Assembly (NCBI GenBank): GCA_039714075.1
Contig: JBDLKA010000085.1
Location: forward strand, 1 to 15,740
Direction of reading: 5' to 3'
Origin: Candidatus Krumholzibacteriota bacterium
Lineage (GTDB): Bacteria > Krumholzibacteriota > Krumholzibacteriia > LZORAL124-64-63
Length of the DNA: 15,740 nt
Positions 15,276 to 15,740 of this stretch are shown in pieces. The position numbers were made by a program, and so were the translations under genes. The notes beneath the pieces were generated by a model. It was not told the origin of the DNA. It did no database searches and saw only the letters and a list, made by a program, of their open reading frames with translations. Every line of letters starts with the position of its first letter. The stretch's first letter is position 1.

Positions 15276-15740
15276 TCATGGGCAAGAAGCACCGATGGAC
15301 TGGGCTATCTTACTCACGTCAGACAGGTTGACGACTCCGTCGTATTGGAAATCAGAACGGAACGAGTAGCCACCGAAGAAATCAGCGGAGAAAAAAGACA
15401 CGTCAGACAGGTTGACGGCTCCGTCGCCGTTGATGTCGGGGCTGTTGTGCATGATGTTCAAACCGGGACCGCTGGTCAGAGGAGAACCGGCAATCATCAC
15501 CACGGTAAGATCTTGGCTGTAGCCGCCGGCCCGCAGCGGATTGGTCCAGGTGGTCTGGCCATTTGCATCGGTGTCGGCGTCGGCAATCGCGCCTCCCTGG
15601 CAGGGACGAATACACCAGTGACAATCAGCAACGGATTCGAGCCACATGTCCTCGGCCGGGTAGTTGGCAACAGGGTTGTTTGCAGGGTCCCTGAGATGCA
15701 GCGTGATGGTAGCATCAATCGTACTGCCGACAAAGATCCA
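15276..15740 (-). CDS. C-terminal 154 aa of a probably secreted protein with an Ig-like segment and a dockerin-like double EF-hand, 5'-truncated by the window edge
   Basis: The frame is open to the window end (WIFVGSTIDATITLHLRDPANNPVANYPAEDMWLES...DTDANGQTTW...). It carries the duplicated Ca-loop PDINGDGAVNLSDV and SDFQYDGVVNLSDV. Confidence 0.8.
   Translation of the reverse strand, partial: WIFVGSTIDATITLHLRDPANNPVANYPAEDMWLESVADCHWCIRPCQGGAIADADTDANGQTTWTNPLRAGGYSQDLTVVMIAGSPLTSGPGLNIMHNSPDINGDGAVNLSDVSFFSADFFGGYSFRSDFQYDGVVNLSDVSKIAQSIGASCP

Noticed and set aside
1..15740. CRISPR array, IS element or integrase
   Set aside because: No regularly spaced 23-47 nt repeats, transposase or recombinase motifs, or terminal inverted repeats were seen.

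Overview
A GC-rich bacterial window with about 16 genes and no rRNA, tRNA, CRISPR array or mobile element. From left to right it encodes: a truncated probable regulator; a CPBP intramembrane protease; a Hanks-type Ser/Thr kinase with a TolB-like propeller; an XRE-HTH/transmembrane/FG-GAP membrane-tethered regulator; a divergent envelope operon (FlgD-Ig lipoprotein, small outer-membrane barrel, repeat-stalked FGE-sulfatase-family lipoprotein); a small conserved protein; an orphan CheR; a SagB/ThcOx-type nitroreductase; a KamA-like radical SAM enzyme coupled to a membrane protein; a secreted Cys-rich protein; a second FGE-family protein; a doubly frameshifted secreted NHL-repeat gene; and a truncated dockerin-like protein. 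The most notable signal is a 17-residue C-terminal tail (xVxxxxxS[W/L]Gx[L/F]KxLYR-stop) shared by two unrelated signal-peptide proteins, a candidate undescribed export or sorting signal. From recall rather than a search, this tail and the protein repertoire suggest Krumholzibacteriota or a related FCB-group lineage. Also notable are phased repeats and a 77-nt hairpin upstream of the membrane-tethered regulator, and a possible cohesin/dockerin pair.
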